From positions 81,406,001-81,470,000 of the forward strand of contig OZ024741.1 of the NCBI GenBank assembly GCA_964016885.1: a stretch of 64,000 bases of DNA. Direction: 5' to 3'. The translations under genes and the position numbers were made by a program. Each line of letters begins with the position of its first letter. Positions within the stretch are counted from its first letter, which is position 1. The DNA is from Eledone cirrhosa. Lineage: Eukaryota. The notes beneath the pieces are model-generated. The model ran no database searches, was not told where the DNA came from, and worked only from the letters and a program-made list of their open reading frames with translations. Shown piece by piece: positions 60,720-64,000 of the stretch.

Positions 60720-61117
60720 ATTAACCAGTGCATTACTGGTACTTTATTTTATCGACCCCGTAAGGATGAAAGGCAAAGTCAACCTCGGTGGCATTTGAAC
60801 TCAGATCGTAAAGGGACGTAACTATGCTGGAAAGCATAGCGTCCGACCCTCTACCGATACTGCCAATCCACTTATATTATATGATATAATATAATATAAT
60901 ATAAGATGATATAATATAATATAATATATATAATATATATATATATGGAATGAGATTTTAATATATCTCACATAAAATAATACAGCCGATTATCCACACA
61001 ATACTATATAGTTAGCACCCCAAACGTTTAATTGGGAATATACTCCGGTTTTTCTTAATGCTTGTTGAGTGAGTTGGACATTGGTCGGAGTATCGTTAAT
61101 AGCTTTCTCCGTTTATG

Positions 61118-61166
<49 letters not shown>

Positions 61167-61198
61167 TGGTCGGAGTATCGTTAATAGCTTTCTCCGTT

Positions 61199-61240
<42 letters not shown>

Positions 61241-62480
61241 AATAATGGAGCTGCGGCGTTGCAAATGGGTTACATATAAAAAAGTGAGTCCTTCATCAGT
61301 GACCCTCCAACCGTCCTAGGCATTTCATCGCTTTAAGGGCCATATACCTCAGGTTGGTGCGAACAACGGCTAAAAAAAGTCGTTGGGACACGTAAATAAA
61401 GAGAACGTTAGGGTGAACAAACAAAATGGTTTAGGCAACAGAAAGTGAGAAGAAAGAGACAAGTCCCAGATTTCTATGAATATAAACTCGATAAAATCGT
61501 GAACTAGAGAATAAAGACCATCAGACCTGGTTGAAATGTGAGCAAGGAAGGAATTTCGCACAGGTCTAACGGGAGGAAGAAGAAGGGGTCTGGTCTGCGA
61601 ATTCGGTAAACATAAGTTCTGTGAAGACGCAGACGAGAGAGAGAGAGAAAAAAAATTTCATACCGGCTTGGCCAAGAGTGCGCGAGAAAAGAAATCGGAC
61701 AGGTCAAGCGGGAAGAAAGAGGAGAGGAGGAGAGGAAGTGACAGGGTATGAGTGAGTGAAAGTTGAGGAAGAGGCTAACAGAGAGAGAGAGACTGCTAGA
61801 AAGGGTAAAGATACAAAGAACGAAACAGACGGGTGGCAGCAGAGGAAAAAATATGTGTAAATATGATAATAATGGAGCTGCGGCGTTGCAAATGGGTTAC
61901 ATATAAAAAAGTGAGTCCTTCATCAGTGACCCTCCAACCGTCCTAGGCATTTCATCGCTTTAAGGGCCATATACCTCAGGTTGGTGCGAACAACGGCTAA
62001 AAAAAGTCGTTGGGACACGTAAATAAAGAGAACGTTCGGAGTATCGTTAATAGCTTTCTCCGTTTATGTATATATATATATATATATATACATAAACGGA
62101 GAAAGCTATTAACGATACTCTGACCAATGTCCAACTCACTCAACAAGCATTAAGAAAATCCGGAGTATATTCCCAATTAAACGTTTGGGGTGCTAACTAT
62201 ATAGTGTTGTGTGGATAATCGGCTGTATTATTTTATGTGAGATATATTAAAATCTCATTCCATATATTATATATATTATATTATATTATATCATCTTATA
62301 TTATATTATATTATATCATATAATATAAGTGGATTAGCAGTATCGGTAGAGGGTCGGACGCTATGCTTTCCAGCATAGTTACGTCCCTTTACGATCTGAG
62401 TTCAAATCCCGCCGAGGTTGACTTTGCCTTTCATCCTTACGGGGTCGATAAAATAAAGTAGCAGTAATGCACTGGGTAAT
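60720..62480. repeat. ~400 bp inverted duplication (SINE plus family B end) enclosing a family D insertion
   Basis: 60720-61124 is the reverse complement of ~62085-62480 with several mismatches. Confidence 0.88.
61236..62036. repeat. Family D, 627 bp unit plus partial tandem copy
   Basis: atgataataatggagctgcggcg at 61236 and 61863; homologous to 40404-41074. Confidence 0.85.
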
Positions 62481-62496
62481 ATATATATATATATAT

Positions 62497-63026
62497 AAAT
62501 GGAAAAAATGAAACGAAATTTCATTTTCCACTCTTAGTACGGCTGTTACTTAAATATAAGTATGTATACGTACATACATATATGTATACAGACGTACAGT
62601 AGTATGTATACATACATGCACACATACATATATGTACGTATGGATTTACCGAACATTTATTATAATGCTCGGTTTGTTTGAAAACAAACATTCCGGATTA
62701 AGCCGTACAGTGTTTAACAACCATCGTTGCCTTTTTGTTCAACACTGACAAAGGAACGATGTACTAGTTTCAAGCTAATTTGTTATCGTCAGCACCGTAT
62801 ACCTTCCGGCCTGTTGATTGAACGTCTGAAAGTATATACTTTCCTTAAGCATATTAACGGCTGATCAGCCTAATTTGCATATCGAGTGAGTTAATCGGCC
62901 GGGCGCACCGAAAACGATAAATGAAAAAAATGAAACGAAATTTCATTTCTCACTCTTAGTACGGCTGTTACTTAAATATAAGTATGTATACGTACATACA
63001 TATATGTATACATATATGCAAATTAG

Positions 63027-63027
<1 letters not shown>
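62497..63027 (-). repeat. Family C: ~422 bp tandem unit with HHR at 62756-62798
   Basis: tgaaacgaaatttcat recurs at 62509 and 62931. Minus strand acggtg-CTGACGA-...-GAAActaGTA-catcgt with decayed stem II. Confidence 0.8.
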
Positions 63028-63083
<56 letters not shown>

Positions 63084-63169
63084 TTCTAAAATGACAGATA
63101 GATGGCTAGATAGATAATTGAATGCATTTCTTATTAGCTGCGGGAACTAAATAATGTGAATATATATAT

Positions 63170-63572
63170 ATTTTTCGAGACAGTGTGAGATTTTCTTTAG
63201 AACTGCTGGACTAACAACCTAGCAGCTCCTTCAAGCACTGATGGTGATTTGGTTATCAATATTATTATTGGGCACCCACTGAAGAATTATAAGAGCTCAC
63301 TTGTATAATTATCTGTTAATCTTATACAAGCTTCTACATAATTTGGTATAATTTCACCCAACTTGTAGAAATCTTATAATGAAACGAGTCGTCTGGGAAG
63401 TGATATATTTGATATATCTCATATGAAATGATACAGCCAATTCTCCGCACAGTACAACTAGTTAGCACCCCGAACGTTTAATTAGGAATATACTCAGATA
63501 TTTCCTAATGTTTGTTGAGTGAGTTGAAATTTGGCCGGAGTAACGCTATTAGCTTTCTCCAATTATGTATTT
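63170..63572 (+). mobile_element. Family B non-coding repeat, second copy
   Basis: Collinear with 27800-28247 and flanked by TA tracts. Confidence 0.8.
63275..63397 (+). ncRNA. Type I hammerhead with multibranched stem II (intact copy)
   Basis: ccca/tggg stem I, CTGAAGA 63279-63285, attataaga/tcttataat stem II, inner cttgtataa/ttatacaag and ttctaca/tgtagaa, GAAA 63381-63384, cgagtcg, GUC 63391-63393. Confidence 0.85.
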
Positions 63573-64000
63573 ATATATATATATATATGAGTGTGTGTAT
63601 GTGTGTATGTATGAGGATTGAATCAGTATTAAAGTAGTTAGCCCATTATACAACAGAGTACACGATACTTGCTGTAGTAGAGTATGGCTATATTAGAAAG
63701 AGTCGTGGCCCGGGCGGCTACACTCTTGCCATTTCAACAGCTAGTTCTTGATTCTCTTTCTCTCTCTCTTCCACCTTCTCCCCCCCCGCTCTCCCTCCCT
63801 CCCCTCCCCCTCTCTCTGTATGATTTAGCTTTGGTGATAAGAAATGCATTCGATTTAATGTTATCAATATAAAGATTTTACAAAACAATTCTAGCCATAA
63901 GCGCAGCCAGCCTGAGGCTTTAGTAGCAGACCTCTGTCTAAGGTTCATACAAATGGGTTCAGCCTGAAGCCGCACGGTTTTCAAAGAGAATTCCTTAACC

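Overview
AT-rich, microsatellite-laden animal DNA with no recognisable host gene. The SINE families and (TA)n/(CA)n load suggest an octopus or other cephalopod (inference). The window is a mosaic of decayed mobile elements: CR1/L2-group, R4/Dong-like, RTE and CRE-like LINE fragments, at least six Penelope-like (PLE) remnants, a 3.1 kb hAT/Buster transposon with intact TIRs and TSD, a Tc1/mariner remnant, Helentron-associated (HINE-like) elements, MITEs and many tRNA-derived SINEs. The main unannotated signal is RNA-structural: about 18 type I hammerhead ribozyme (HHR) motifs, intact or degenerate, read by eye. The best case is a non-coding array of ~316 bp monomers at 28920-30242, arranged as two copies inverted against two copies. 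Each monomer carries an HHR with the non-canonical U3-A8 core and a long stem I, which makes it a candidate retrozyme (circular RNA) family. A second HHR family has a branched stem II supported by compensatory base changes, and a third sits in a ~422 bp tandem unit. PLEs and HHR-only elements repeatedly show the same divergent inverted-duplication geometry inside (TA)n tracts. All folds and family assignments were made by eye without computation, and element boundaries are approximate unless TIRs or TSDs are quoted.
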